Source of the DNA: Flectonema sp. DT1601
Lineage: Eukaryota
Reading direction: 5' to 3'
DNA: 64,000 nucleotides
NCBI GenBank assembly: GCA_964019425.1
Contig: OZ025786.1
Coordinates: 992,001 to 1,056,000, forward strand
Within the stretch, counting starts at the first letter, position 1. Every line of letters starts with the position of its first letter. Below the pieces are notes generated by a model. The model ran no database searches. It saw only the letters and a list, made by a program, of their open reading frames with translations, and was not told where the DNA came from. The position numbers and the translations under genes are program-made. Below, piece after piece: positions 24,009 through 36,100 of this stretch.

Positions 24009-24240
24009 ACTTTAGTCTGCCATAGTTTCTTGCAGTATCGGGGACCCTCAGAAGAGCCACTTGGTACTCTTTGAGTGTCTACCGATACTCGGTGGTCTGA
24101 TGGACTTGATAACTAACTAATTCTTGTAATACGAATATCTGGTATTCAATTGTTATGTAGTCGCCTTGGTATTAACTTGTTTCTATTTATTGTTTCTTCT
24201 GATTGATATATTATTCTCAGGTATCTGAAAGGGGGGGACG

Positions 24241-27147
24241 ATGCCCAACACGGATGACAATGACGGTTTCAACATGGGACAGATCGCGAATTTACTCGGA
24301 AACGAAGAAGAAGACAAGCGAAGGTTTTTTAGTGAAGAAGTTCAGGGTAGGCCTTGGGCGAGTACGTTGCCGACGAGGACTGGATCGACGAGTAGTTTAC
24401 CAGAGCAAGGAACTCATATGAGCGCACCACCAACAGCGAATGCATCTTTATCAGCGTCAACAATACAAAGAGTATCTGTTGCTAGTACTGGTGGATGGGG
24501 TCAGGCTATTGAAAATATTACATCAACTTCGAGTGTGTCACAACCAGCTGCTGAAGTCAATACCAATTCACAATCATCTCAACCAGCTGGGTTATCAACT
24601 GTTGAAGCGCTAAACAATATAAAATCTCAAGAAAGCCAACGAGTTGCGGCACGCGAAGCTCGCAAACAAGCTGACCTCGCAGAAAGGGAACGAAAAAGAC
24701 AACAACTTCAAGAAGATCAAAGACTACGTCGAGAAGCAAGACAAAGAGAACAGGAAGAACTACAAATGGATGAGGTGGAATCTCCTAAATCTGTTTCTCA
24801 GCAAAAGAAATTAGTGACATCACCGTCGAGGTCATCGTTGCTGTCTTTGTCTCAAAATACTTCTGAGCAGGTGGCATTTCGAACAACATCTCAGAATGTT
24901 GATATCATGCAGACGGTGATTACCAACCCACCTGGTGCTTGTACTGAGTGTCCAGTTTATTTAAAAAGAATAACTAATCTCGAAGAACAACTTGAAGAGG
25001 CTAAAACAACATTTATCAACCAACAGTCAGCACATAGTCAACAACTGCAGCAGCTGTCAGTAGAATTTGAAGCTAGCAAAGAACGGGTTGAACAGTTGCA
25101 GACAGAAAACGAACTTTTACAAGCGAAGTTAGAAGGCAGAAGTGTTAGAAATGATATCCACAAGGGAGTGATTGAATTAGTGACAAAGGAAGAAATGATT
25201 TCTTTGAGACAAGAAATTCAAAGTCAAGAAGTATTATGTGGAGCCTATCAGACGGAAGCGGAGAAGAATTCGAGAGAGATTAAGGGGCTGCGGCAGCAAG
25301 TTGCAGAGTTGCAAAAAGAACTTTTATGTGAGAAGAAATCCCCGACTAAGAACAATAACAGTTTCACAGCAGCAGAAGGTCCACCAGACTCTACTACACA
25401 AGTCGTTAGAGATCTCACACGTGAAGCTGCTCAACTAAAAGAGAGAATGAGAATCCAACAAGAAGAGCACACCTTAGCCATATCTACTTTAGAAAAAGAC
25501 AAACGATCACTTGCATCAAAACTAGGTCAGCATGACACCCACAAAGCTGACGATGATGCTCTCAGAATTAGAGATCTTGAACTTCAATTAAAAAAACAAA
25601 AACACGAATACGAAGAGGAACTCACATCTGTTAAGGAAAAGTTACTTTGGTACGTCAAGAATCAAGAACTGCTGTCAAATAAAGTATGCTTTCACCTGAT
25701 TCTTTGTATCACAAAAAAACGGTTTACCCCGATGAGTGACAACTGAAAAAGACTAAAAGATTCCACGATTGTTAATTACTTCGTCGGACTGGGGGGGGGG
25801 GAGAAAAAAACAAACAAACAAACAAACAAATAGGATACCTTAGTTGAGCAACAAGGCACGGAAATTGAGGCTTTAAAAAGTCGTGTCGTGGAGTTGGATG
25901 GCGTTCCAATATCAAAAAAGAAAACACCAGATCAACGTCAGTACATCGCAGAGTTACAAAAAAAGATAAAAAACTTAGAAGACATTGTCAAGAGTAAATA
26001 CCCAAATAGTATTCCTGAACTGATCAGAGCCTGTAAGCCAACTCCTACTGAGGTGGATCTTTATAGAACTTTACAAGAGAGAATCGAAACTCTTAATAAT
26101 GAGCTAACCACAAGAGAGCAGGCTTATGAAAATGGAATTAGACTCCTGCGACAAGAAGCTGATAAAGTAGCGTTGCAATATCAGGAAAGACAAAAGTCTC
26201 TTGAAGATGAATTGAAATCTAAAGTTAGATCGGCCACCAATTCGAAAATAAAAGAACTTGAAAGGCGAGTTGAAGACACCAGAACTTACTATGTGAAGAA
26301 AGTCAGGGAACTTGAGCAGCAGGTCTTAGGATTTAGAAAAAATTCTAAAAAAACTAAACCAACAAGTGATTCATCAGTAAGGAATAACAACAGTGGTAGT
26401 CATCCACGAGTTTCAACAGCAATACAGACGGATGTTGTGTGTGAAACAGTTCACGCACCAACAACAGCACAACTACCACCACAACAATCAATAACTCATT
26501 ACAGTAATCCTTTAATGATGCAAGACCATACTTATCATCTAATGGAAGTTGGCAGACTGCGATCTGAAATTGAATCTCAGCGTCGACTAGATTCGGACAA
26601 GTCATCAGAACTGTCTTCTGTGAAACACACTCTGATATTGTTACAGAGGGACATCGATCACTCAGCTCAAGAGAAAATAAAATATCAAGAAGAGGTACGA
26701 CAGCTGCAATCAAATGCAACTGTTTCTGCTCAAAACTTTGCTGTTCGGGAACAAGAGTTGTTATCAAAACACAGATTTGAACTCGATTCTCAAAAGCAAC
26801 AATGGGATGAAGATGTTCGTCGGATCACATCTTCAGGAAGCCCCATCTCGGAAGTAGTTCTCAGCGACAAGTCTGATCGCTGCGCGTACATCTCTTCTAT
26901 CAAAAGAAAGCTTGCAGTTCTTGAACGAGAACACACACTTAAACACAGCGAGTTCCAGAGATCCCTCAGTGAGACGAGACGGCTCGCAGCTTTTGAGCTC
27001 GATGTTCAAAAACAGAAAATGAATCTCGTGATCCAATCAAAGACTAATGAGATTCAGAGATTTCGACTTGCCCTCGACTCTCTCATGGAAGAATTAACAT
27101 CTTTAAAAGTACACAAGGAGGTCCAATTTATGGGTCGGACAGCATGA
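24241..27147 (+). CDS. CEP162: CEP162-like centriolar/transition-zone coiled-coil protein, 2 exons
   Basis: Exons 24241-25683 and 25834-27147 (GTATGC..TAG). EIQSQEVLCGAYQTE, KLLWYVKNQELLSNK|D and SKYPNSIPELIRA match CEP162 motifs as I recall them (QE.LL.GYQ.ENE, L.WYAENQELLDKD, YPNSLPALI). Confidence 0.72.
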
Positions 27148-27724
27148 GAGGGACGAATACATTCCAAACTTTAAACGGTCGCAGCTTGACTGCGGTTTAG
27201 AAAACACGTTGAAACCCGTAGTGCACTACTGCGGTATAGAAAATATATTTAGTACACTTTATGACGTTATTTATTTATTGATGGAAATACAAAAAAAAAA
27301 AAAAAACACACGAAACACACACACATTACCCCTATAGATTAGAGATAGTGTTTTATATATTTTGGGGCAACCTTGCTAGAAACTGTTCTCCAGGATGAAA
27401 ACACACATACTGTTTGTTATTTTTCTTTTTACTGATATTGTCTAAAAGCCGGTTGCGACAACTGCCTTCTGTGTCACACCACGTATGCTATGAAAGCATT
27501 GTCACCAGCCCGGCGGGACCTGTTGTTTTTTTTTCTTCCCCTTCTTATTTTCCTCCTCAAATCAGATTATTTTTAGTTAAGTTTATATGAAAAAAGTACT
27601 CCTCACAACAGTGAAAATAGAGTTATTCATTTGAGGTGGTGTTTTTTTTTTGTTTTTGTTTTTTTTTAAATCAATAATTATTTTTCTTTTCAAAAACAAG
27701 AGTGAGCTGGCATCACACACAAAT

Positions 27725-28546
27725 ATGACAACATTCGATGAGGAAGATGAGGCAGCGATGGATGCTATTTTAGGAGAGCACCAATCAGCGCCACTGAAGA
27801 GAGAGAACAGTTGGGACTCACCAGGAATGATTCCAACTTCAGCACCAGTTGACTGTAAGCCTAAAGGAATAAACACAAACAGTTTTGACTGTGACAGTGA
27901 AAGTGGAGATGAGGATTCTGGAGCCGTGAAAGTAGTACAACCTGACGGTAGAGAACTTTATTATTCATCTTTTAGCAGCGCTGCTATGTCACACAAGGCT
28001 GTTGACTGTTCAAAAATATATTTAGCCCCAGGAATCCATTTATGGCCAGGAGGTGATCTTCGTCATTCCATTATTGGAACGGGTCCTGAATGTGTGATTG
28101 AAGGAAATGAGGGATGCGGATATTTTTTCTATCTTCGAAAATCAAACATCTCGATATCAAACGTCTCTCTCAGAGGAACGAGAAACGGACGTGCTCATCT
28201 GTACGTTGACAGCATAAATAATATTTCTGTAAGTGACATCCGTCTGGAAGGTACCTACTCTCAGTGTGTTCAGATATTGGGTTCTGAGAATGTATCAGTC
28301 ACAGGGTGCGAGTTCAATGACTCGATCGGTCCTTCAATCAGAGTTGCGGACAGCTTTAATGTAAAAATTTCAAATAACACATTCGCAAATACGTGCAGTA
28401 CCTCACCACTTATTGTTGTTGGTGGTTCTGAAGGAACTGTTATTTCAGGAAACAGATTATCGAGTAAAAGAGTTTGTGCCTTCGATATTAGTTCAAACAG
28501 TTCACCGTCATTAATTACGAGTGACAATGCAGTTGATTTTGGATAA
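27725..28546 (+). CDS. Right-handed parallel beta-helix (pectin-lyase-fold/NosD-like) protein
   Basis: IYLAPGIH and IIGTGPECVIEG leader, then PbH1-like repeats (SNISISNVSL, NVSVTGCEFND, NVKISNNTF, TVISGNRL). No signal peptide. Confidence 0.8.
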   Translation: MTTFDEEDEAAMDAILGEHQSAPLKRENSWDSPGMIPTSAPVDCKPKGINTNSFDCDSESGDEDSGAVKVVQPDGRELYYSSFSSAAMSHKAVDCSKIYLAPGIHLWPGGDLRHSIIGTGPECVIEGNEGCGYFFYLRKSNISISNVSLRGTRNGRAHLYVDSINNISVSDIRLEGTYSQCVQILGSENVSVTGCEFNDSIGPSIRVADSFNVKISNNTFANTCSTSPLIVVGGSEGTVISGNRLSSKRVCAFDISSNSSPSLITSDNAVDFG

Positions 28547-30245
28547 AAATATTTTGGAGTTCTTTTTGCTATGAGTTAATCACAATTAGTACTTAGAGGG
28601 AATACTTGGTCATGGTCTTATGCTTGTGTGTGAACTTTTCCGGTCTCACTTAGCAGTGATGCGAATATGGAAACCATTCTTATAAAGTAAAAGTGTCGTT
28701 TACGATTACCGCAGTTCTCATTACTCGTAAACAAGCGCAGTTCAAGTATGGAAAAAAAAAAAAAAAAAAAAAAGAATCTTCTGTGAGATTTCTGTTCTCA
28801 CTGTTATGACGAAGCAGTTCTCTGTTGTCATATAATCAGACCCTCACCCTCTCATTTCTCCCCCTTTTTTTTGAGAATAAACCATGCTGGGGACATATAT
28901 TATAATAAACTATGTATTAGTAAGGGTTCGGCATAGTTTCCTTTTTTTTTTTTTTTTTTTTAATAATTTTGTTTCCCCAATGCAAATCCGTTTTAAAAAA
29001 ATAAAAATATTTAAAATTGTTTTCATGTCCCTCCTGCTTGACGAAGAAAACAGTGTCGAATGGGAGGGGAGTTAATGCTCACCTTTCAGAAAGGTGAGTC
29101 ATGCAGACCTTTTCTTGTGGGTCGCTATGTGTTATATATATGAGCAGATAAAATAAATTTTCCTTATTGAAAAAAAAATTATTTTTAGAACCTTTGATAA
29201 TAAATCCGATTTATCGACAAAATAGAATGAGGTCCCGTAACTTACTTAACGAGGTTAGGAAAGAATAAGAACAGATTTGTCGTCGGTCAACTTCACAAAT
29301 TACGTAACAAAACCAAAAGTAGAAAATTAAGACCTCTGAAACTACGTATTCCACTCCACGGTGATCAATGGAATGGAAGAATAAATGTGTTTTCACAAAT
29401 TAACTTCAATATTTTAATAAAGGAAAATGTTAAGTTATGCTGTCGCGATTCTCTTTCTACAGATAGCAGGTCTGTAGTTACAGGGGAAGAGCTTTAGTTG
29501 TTTATGGGTTATGAATCCATCTGTCTTTTATATTTTTTATTCAACTTACTTTGAGTTTTGTTATGAGCGTTGAGGAGCGTGTGATTGCGATAGTGTTGAT
29601 AGACAAGTCTTTTTATGATACTTTTTCTTAAATAGGATCATCAAATGACGAGGACACCGCGCCGGAAATGGCAAAATTCTTATCTTGGAAATGGTAATTA
29701 ATACGACCGTCTTCCAGCTTTCTCAGTAATTAGCTACGCATTCTTTTTGCACCTGATGAAAGAGGCTCAGGGTTTCCCCTTTGGGACACTTTTTGACCAT
29801 CTGTTTTTATAATTCGTCTCCAAGCATCCATCGCTCCTGATCCTCCGATCTTCGTATTTGCGTTGTTGTTACAGGTGTTGTTAGTAGATATCTGTGACAT
29901 CTTTTTCTCAATAACCCGTGGGCTCTGATACAGTCTTCCCCCTGGATGACTACTTCACCATCAGTCCACCAGTCGGGTTTGTTGCAGTTGGTCAGCCAAC
30001 TCGGAACCGTTCAAAGCTTGTCGTAAAGCTAGTCCTCTCATCATTAGCACGTAGGTTGTGACAAACCTCGCTTCGAACTCTGAAGCGACCTATTCTGGGC
30101 CCTCAGGCCTTCGTCCATAATGTCGGTGGCTTCGGCCGCCTTAACAGTTCATCCCTGCTGGGGTGTTTGAATGCTGCAAATTACCGAAATGGATTTAACA
30201 GTAACTTTACTTTCAAGAAAAAAAAAATAACAACAAAACAACAAG

Positions 30246-32813
30246 ATGAATAAAAAACACATGATACCTCCATGTGTGTTGATTATGGTTCTGTTGATAT
30301 TCTTTTTCTTTATTGACGTTGGTGAAGTAGTACCTCCGAAGAGAATACGAAGATGTTTAAATAATGATGCAACATTTCAACAACAAGAAATGATCTGGTC
30401 AATGGTCGACAACAACAACACTGGATCTGTAGCATCCCTCGTTAGGATGATAAATCAGATTAAAATGTATTCTGGAAAAGACTTACCTGCGATGCTTCTC
30501 GAAGTATTGGAAGACCCCATCTCACCTATTCACAAACATCAGTTGAAGTCATCTGGATGGAAATTCTGTACTGTACCCCGAGTTGGGAATAATAACTCAG
30601 ACATTTCTGAGCAGTTTGCCAGATTTCGACTTTGGGAAATGACTGAACTGAAAACAATTGTTTTTGTGTCGCCTTATTCTCACATCACAGCAGATGTATC
30701 TCCCTTATTGAAGAGACAACTTCCGAAGAATATAAAAATAGGAGCCAGTCGGTTATATGATCGACATCGGTGGAGTAATTCATTCTCGTCATCAGTGTTT
30801 ATCCTTCACCCGAGTATTCTAGATAGCATTGCGTTGTCACAGGCGTATCATTATTCAAAAGTGACTTATCAAAAATCACGTGGATTTGAATTAGTTTTAA
30901 ACAATCTGTGGAGTGGTAACGACGGTACAGCAACACCAAAATGGATTGAAATTGGGTTTGAGTATAGTGCGGATACCTCGGTGTTTAGAGTTGAACCTTT
31001 TTTTTGGAGATCAAGGCAGTATGATATTCGAATTATGGTTTTTAATCACGAATCACCGTGGGATTACAACAGTTGTAAAAAAACGAAAACTGAAAATTTA
31101 TGTCAATGGTGGGCTACAAACAAAAGTTCAAGAGATGTAGAAACATCAATCTATCACAAATTATGGAAGAGTCGATCAACGATGGATGAAACGACAACAG
31201 CAGAGCCTCTTGAGTACGATCCGTTGACAACTCCTGATCCCAGACCGTTATCATCACGACCTGACATTCTTAATGAAAGAACTTTAATAAACTCAGAAAC
31301 AACATTTATTAACACATCTGACAGAAGGATAAAACGAATTAAAAAAAGAATTGATGTGGTTTCTCCAAAGGTTTTTAAATGTGATGCAAACCCCGAAACC
31401 TATTGGAAGTTAGTCATAGGAATCCCATCAGTCGATAATCCTCGCAGTAGGAGGAATAGAGATGTCCAGCGAAGAACTTGGATGACATACTCAAATGTGT
31501 GGAATATTAATAAGAATGTTGATGCATCAGTCTTGGTTAAGTATGTTTTAGCATACCCACCACCATATTATGAACTCTCTCCTAATATCATATCAGAATC
31601 AAATATAACAAACGACATTGTGTATTTAAATTTACGTGAGGGTGAAAAACCAAAACGAGGAGAACCAACTTACGAAAGGAAAACATTATCAGTTCTGGTT
31701 GGTATGAGTAGAAAGACGTATGCATGGTTTTGCTTCGCAGCTGACACATATAAAACTGACTACATTATGAAAGGTGATGACGATGCTTTCTACAGAACGT
31801 TGATGATTGTTAATGAGCTGCAGTCTTACAGAATCCCGAGAGTTTACCACGGAAGAGGAATGATTTATCATGGTATCTTTAGAACTGGTGGTTTCACAAT
31901 AACTCTCAGCTATGATCTGGTTGATTGGATTAGAGACTCAAAATTAGTTGAAAAACACACCGACTTCGCATACGAAGACGTAATGGTTGGTCTTTGGTTC
32001 TACAGAGCAGGTGTGACTGCTGTGAATAATATTTCAGATTGCAGATGTCACGATTCACCAAAGTACCCAAGACCTGTTCAATGGTCAATTGAACAACCAA
32101 TAAAACAATCTTCAATGATTATTCATCATGTTCATAATATCAGTGAATGGAATTATCTCCTATCAACCTTTCCTGATCACAGAATCATTCCTCTTCAAGC
32201 AAAAACATACCTCACTCACCGAAACGGAATCTTTTGGCATGATAGGTACAGCTGTCCTGCTGAAAGACGTCGGTTAAATTGGACTTTTTTTGATGAAAAA
32301 GGTGAGCCTCGTTGGTGGAAATTTGTTGTAAAAACAAGCGAAATATCCGATTCTAATAAATATAAATTAAAAGTAAATAATCAAACTCGTTATTTAAAAC
32401 CTTCTGCGAGACTGTCCTCATCCGATCATACGAACATTGTGGATGGGGCGAGTGGTTATGAGGACGATGATCAAGCGGAGAGTGCCGATGAGGAATTAGT
32501 GACAAAAGATCCGAAAACTCCTTCGCCTGCAACAGGACCTCCTTCGTCTGCTACAAGACCTCCTCCGTCTGAAACAGGGCCTCCTCCGTCTGCTACAAAA
32601 CCACCTCCGTCTGTAACAGGGCCTCCTCCGTCTGCTACGAGACCTCCCCCGTCTGAAACAAGAGATCCTCTGTTTGCTACAAGACCTCCTTCGCCTGCAA
32701 CAAGAGCTCCACTTCCACCATACCAATACTTTAAAGAGATGAAAGACAAGGAGAAACGATATGGAAAACTCTGGTCAACTTCTGGTAAGAAGACACTCAA
32801 GAAAGGTGGCTGA
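30246..32813 (+). CDS. Type II membrane double glycosyltransferase: degenerate GT8-like domain + GT31/GT67-type domain, Pro-rich tail
   Basis: N-terminal TM. GT8-like FARFRLWEMTELKTIVFV, FSSSVFILHPS, FNHESPW. Second domain LVIGIPSVD, QRRTWMTY, GMSRKTYAW, YIMKGDDDAF, EDVMVGLW. Confidence 0.85.
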   Translation: MNKKHMIPPCVLIMVLLIFFFFIDVGEVVPPKRIRRCLNNDATFQQQEMIWSMVDNNNTGSVASLVRMINQIKMYSGKDLPAMLLEVLEDPISPIHKHQLKSSGWKFCTVPRVGNNNSDISEQFARFRLWEMTELKTIVFVSPYSHITADVSPLLKRQLPKNIKIGASRLYDRHRWSNSFSSSVFILHPSILDSIALSQAYHYSKVTYQKSRGFELVLNNLWSGNDGTATPKWIEIGFEYSADTSVFRVEPFFWRSRQYDIRIMVFNHESPWDYNSCKKTKTENLCQWWATNKSSRDVETSIYHKLWKSRSTMDETTTAEPLEYDPLTTPDPRPLSSRPDILNERTLINSETTFINTSDRRIKRIKKRIDVVSPKVFKCDANPETYWKLVIGIPSVDNPRSRRNRDVQRRTWMTYSNVWNINKNVDASVLVKYVLAYPPPYYELSPNIISESNITNDIVYLNLREGEKPKRGEPTYERKTLSVLVGMSRKTYAWFCFAADTYKTDYIMKGDDDAFYRTLMIVNELQSYRIPRVYHGRGMIYHGIFRTGGFTITLSYDLVDWIRDSKLVEKHTDFAYEDVMVGLWFYRAGVTAVNNISDCRCHDSPKYPRPVQWSIEQPIKQSSMIIHHVHNISEWNYLLSTFPDHRIIPLQAKTYLTHRNGIFWHDRYSCPAERRRLNWTFFDEKGEPRWWKFVVKTSEISDSNKYKLKVNNQTRYLKPSARLSSSDHTNIVDGASGYEDDDQAESADEELVTKDPKTPSPATGPPSSATRPPPSETGPPPSATKPPPSVTGPPPSATRPPPSETRDPLFATRPPSPATRAPLPPYQYFKEMKDKEKRYGKLWSTSGKKTLKKGG
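32517..32718 (+). repeat. Coding minisatellite, 21 bp unit (PPSATRP-like), ~9 copies
   Basis: cctccgtctgctacaagacc-type units encoding PSPATGP/PSSATRP/PPSETGP. Confidence 0.9.
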
Positions 32814-33158
32814 TCACCGACCCGCTGGAGTTATTTAATTCCGCGTGCTCGCTTTAAATTATGGTCAAGAAAACTCTCAAATCACGAAAATGATTCCTAT
32901 TTGTGTTTCTTTCTTGATTTTATATTTATTTTTAATTACTTTGGAGTAATAAATTGTTCGGTCGCCGGGTCGATGTTTTATTACCATTTACACATATCCC
33001 TTCAAAATTAATTTACCCTTGCTTTTGCATTGTTTCTTTTGTTTAATTAAATTATTTATTTTATTGTTTGGTTAGTCTATCCATCTATTTCTACTACAAC
33101 TGGTTTATTGTTATTATTTCTCACACTTTTTTTTTTCCCCCCGTACAAACAGTTCACC

Positions 33159-36100
33159 ATGGATCCTCCTGGTGTTATTCCTCAGGCGGGTAGTAAGTTT
33201 GGGGTTCAGGGCTTGAAAGGAGAAATAGACACCAGTGCTGTCGAAGATGTTTGTGATCTTCCAGGAGACACTCACGCTGCTGGATGGCAAACAAAATATG
33301 AACTGAGAATCCCACTTGAGGATAGTCCAATGTTGATGATGGATAAAATGTTAGCAAGTTATCCACCAACACAGCCACCAGCAGATGTTAAAATACCTGA
33401 AATCGCTCCTTTATCTGGTTACGTTCCTCCAACTAATTACACTCCGACAAGCTCTTCAATATTTATGCCGGCTAAACAGGCATCTCTAGAGATGAGACAA
33501 CAACTTCCAGTGTGGGGTCAAAAGAAAGACATCGTCGATACCATTAAACAAAGTCAAGTAACTGTGATCAGTGGAGTGTCTGGTTCTGGTAAGTCAACAT
33601 TAGTACCACTCTTAGCACTTGATATGGAAATCTTTTTTAAAAAAAGAATAATGCAAGTATCTGGAAACGCCTTAACAGCACACTCAACAGCACAGCAGGT
33701 CTGTTCCCATCTCGGAGTTGAAATAGGAGATGACATTGCTGGATATGCTGCGCCTTTAGATTATAAAATGAAGGCGTGTACTCAATTTCTATCTTGTACG
33801 GCAGACATGGCTCTCCGTTGTATGGTCGGTGATGCGAAACTATCAACTGTCGGATGTCTTATTATTGACGAGTGGGAATCCTGCACAGCAGAAGCTGAAA
33901 TCTTATTATTGTTGGCGAAGAAAATCGCTGCTGAGAATTCAAATTTTAAAATAATAGTCCTGTGCGACTCTCTCGGTGGATCTGAAGTTTCTAATTTGCT
34001 GTCACAGCAACACTCATCTACTGGACACGTCACTGTTGATTCATCATCTGTAATAAAACAGAATGTAGTTCAATGTTTTCTTGAGGATGCTATCTCTTAT
34101 TGTCATGACCCTTCTTCATATCCTCCAATTAGAGCTCCGAGTACTCTGAGTGCTCAAATGCAAGCACTCACTCCTACTAGTAATTGGAAACTTTGTGAAT
34201 GGGGAGGTAAAGACACCCTTAAGATGTTAAACTTAATCTTTGAACTCGTATTCAATTTCTTTAGAAGAAGAAAAGTTTTAGGAAAAGTTGTAATCTTTCT
34301 CCCTTCATGGGGTCACATTCAGTCTTGTGCTGATTACTTAACGAGAGGTAAGAACATAGCACCCATCATTCCTATTCATGAGAATTTAATACCAGAAATG
34401 GCCAACAGAGAACAATACCTTGAAACCTTATTCAGACCAGGTGGAGCTATCATATTAACGACGAAGAGATTAGCAGTCGATCTCCCAATCACTGATACGG
34501 AATTACTTATTGACTCTGGTCATAATATGAACATGCCTTATGATTATAGTTTAGGAATGCCGTGTGCCGATATCTTCCCAAATAGTAAACTTGATTTCAC
34601 AAGAAGACATAATTTAGTAAATAGATCAACGCTATCAGGTGTTGGATGTTTTCATTTGGTACCAAAACAATTATTGTCATCACTTAATGAAATCCCTTCT
34701 CCTCTAATTAGAAGTACTGATTTAAAAGAAGCAGTCCTCAGAGCGAGAGTAATCGACAGGTCATCAACTTCTGAAGAACTCTTTTCTCAAACTACAACAC
34801 CACCAAGTCCAGAAGCTGTTGCTCAAGCGATTGATGTTCTAAAGCAAAGTGCTTTTATAAATACCTTGAAATCGGTTGATGTACCATCACCATTGGGAAC
34901 CTTATGCTCGTACTTACCTGTCCCTTTGTCAATCGGAAAGATGTTATTTTATGCCCTGGCATGTCGCTGTTTAGATAGCATCCTAACTGTCGCAAGTGCT
35001 ATTTTAAGTCCTCCGATATTCGCAGTAAATCCAGATTCAGGTGGTGAAGCAGATCAGAATAAAGTAGCATACTCAAAGGGTTCTGAGTCTGACTTAGTAG
35101 CGACACTTAATGCATACTTAACAGTTAGTACTATCGATCCAGCTGAAAGAGATCATAAGGAAGCTGCATTTTGTCAGCAGGTGTACATGAATCAGGTTGC
35201 TATTCAATCTATTCGTAGACTTAGAGGTACTTTATTAGATCTTATGCAGGAAGTAAAGTTATTCGTTTCTCCTGACTGGGAAGATGCAAACAAAAGTATG
35301 GCTGACACAAATGTTATTAAAAGTTCAATAACCGCAGGGCTGTATCCGAATGTTGCACTTCACAGCGGAACAGCTGAAAATGCAACCTTGGCGATTCCTC
35401 AAAAGGTGAGTCAAGTTGAGGTTTGTTCTACGTTGTTAGTCCATCCGTCATCTGTCGCGAAGAGGAGAGCTAACCCTCTTCCTACGTATACAGTTTTCAC
35501 TGACATATTCTACATTACGAATGCTGATGGAACAAAAACTGCCTCTATTGTCAACGCTAACAACATTGACCCTCTAAGTATGCTTTTGTACTGTGGTGCT
35601 GGAGCTGTTAACTTAGCAACAGATGGTAGTAAAGGAAATTGTCGTGGTTGGTATGATATATCTCCTTGGGATCAATTTATTAAAAACGACGCTGTCAAAT
35701 ATTATGTTCAATTAGCTTTGAAGACTAGTTCGAGATCACAGTTAGCATTCACTCCGTGTCCATTTGTTCCTGAAGCTCATAGTGATGATACAAAGGTTGA
35801 GATTGTTCTTGATAAACGAGTAAAACTGTTGTCTAATAAATCATGTGCAAAACTTGCAGTTAAAGTACGTCAAGCTGTTGTGTCTATCACAGGTCAACGT
35901 GTTGCATCATTGAGTAATACACAGAATCAGGCTTCATCACCTGGGTTATTCCCTGAGAACTTGTCTCAGATTCTTGAGGTTCTCTTTAGAGAGAATGCTA
36001 ATCCTTGTAATACAGAGAATAAGCTCAGAATTGAGCATTGGTCTTCGAGGGAGTACAAAAGTGATTTGCAGCCGATTTTTAAATTTGAGGCTGAGAAGGT

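Noticed and set aside
29935..30010. ingi/L1Tc 77-79 bp signature or HDV-like ribozyme
   Set aside because: Only the initial CCCTGG matches; the rest of the signature is absent.
32471..32800. Minus-strand Gly-rich and Arg-rich ORFs
   Set aside because: Shadows of the 21 bp Pro-rich coding repeat.
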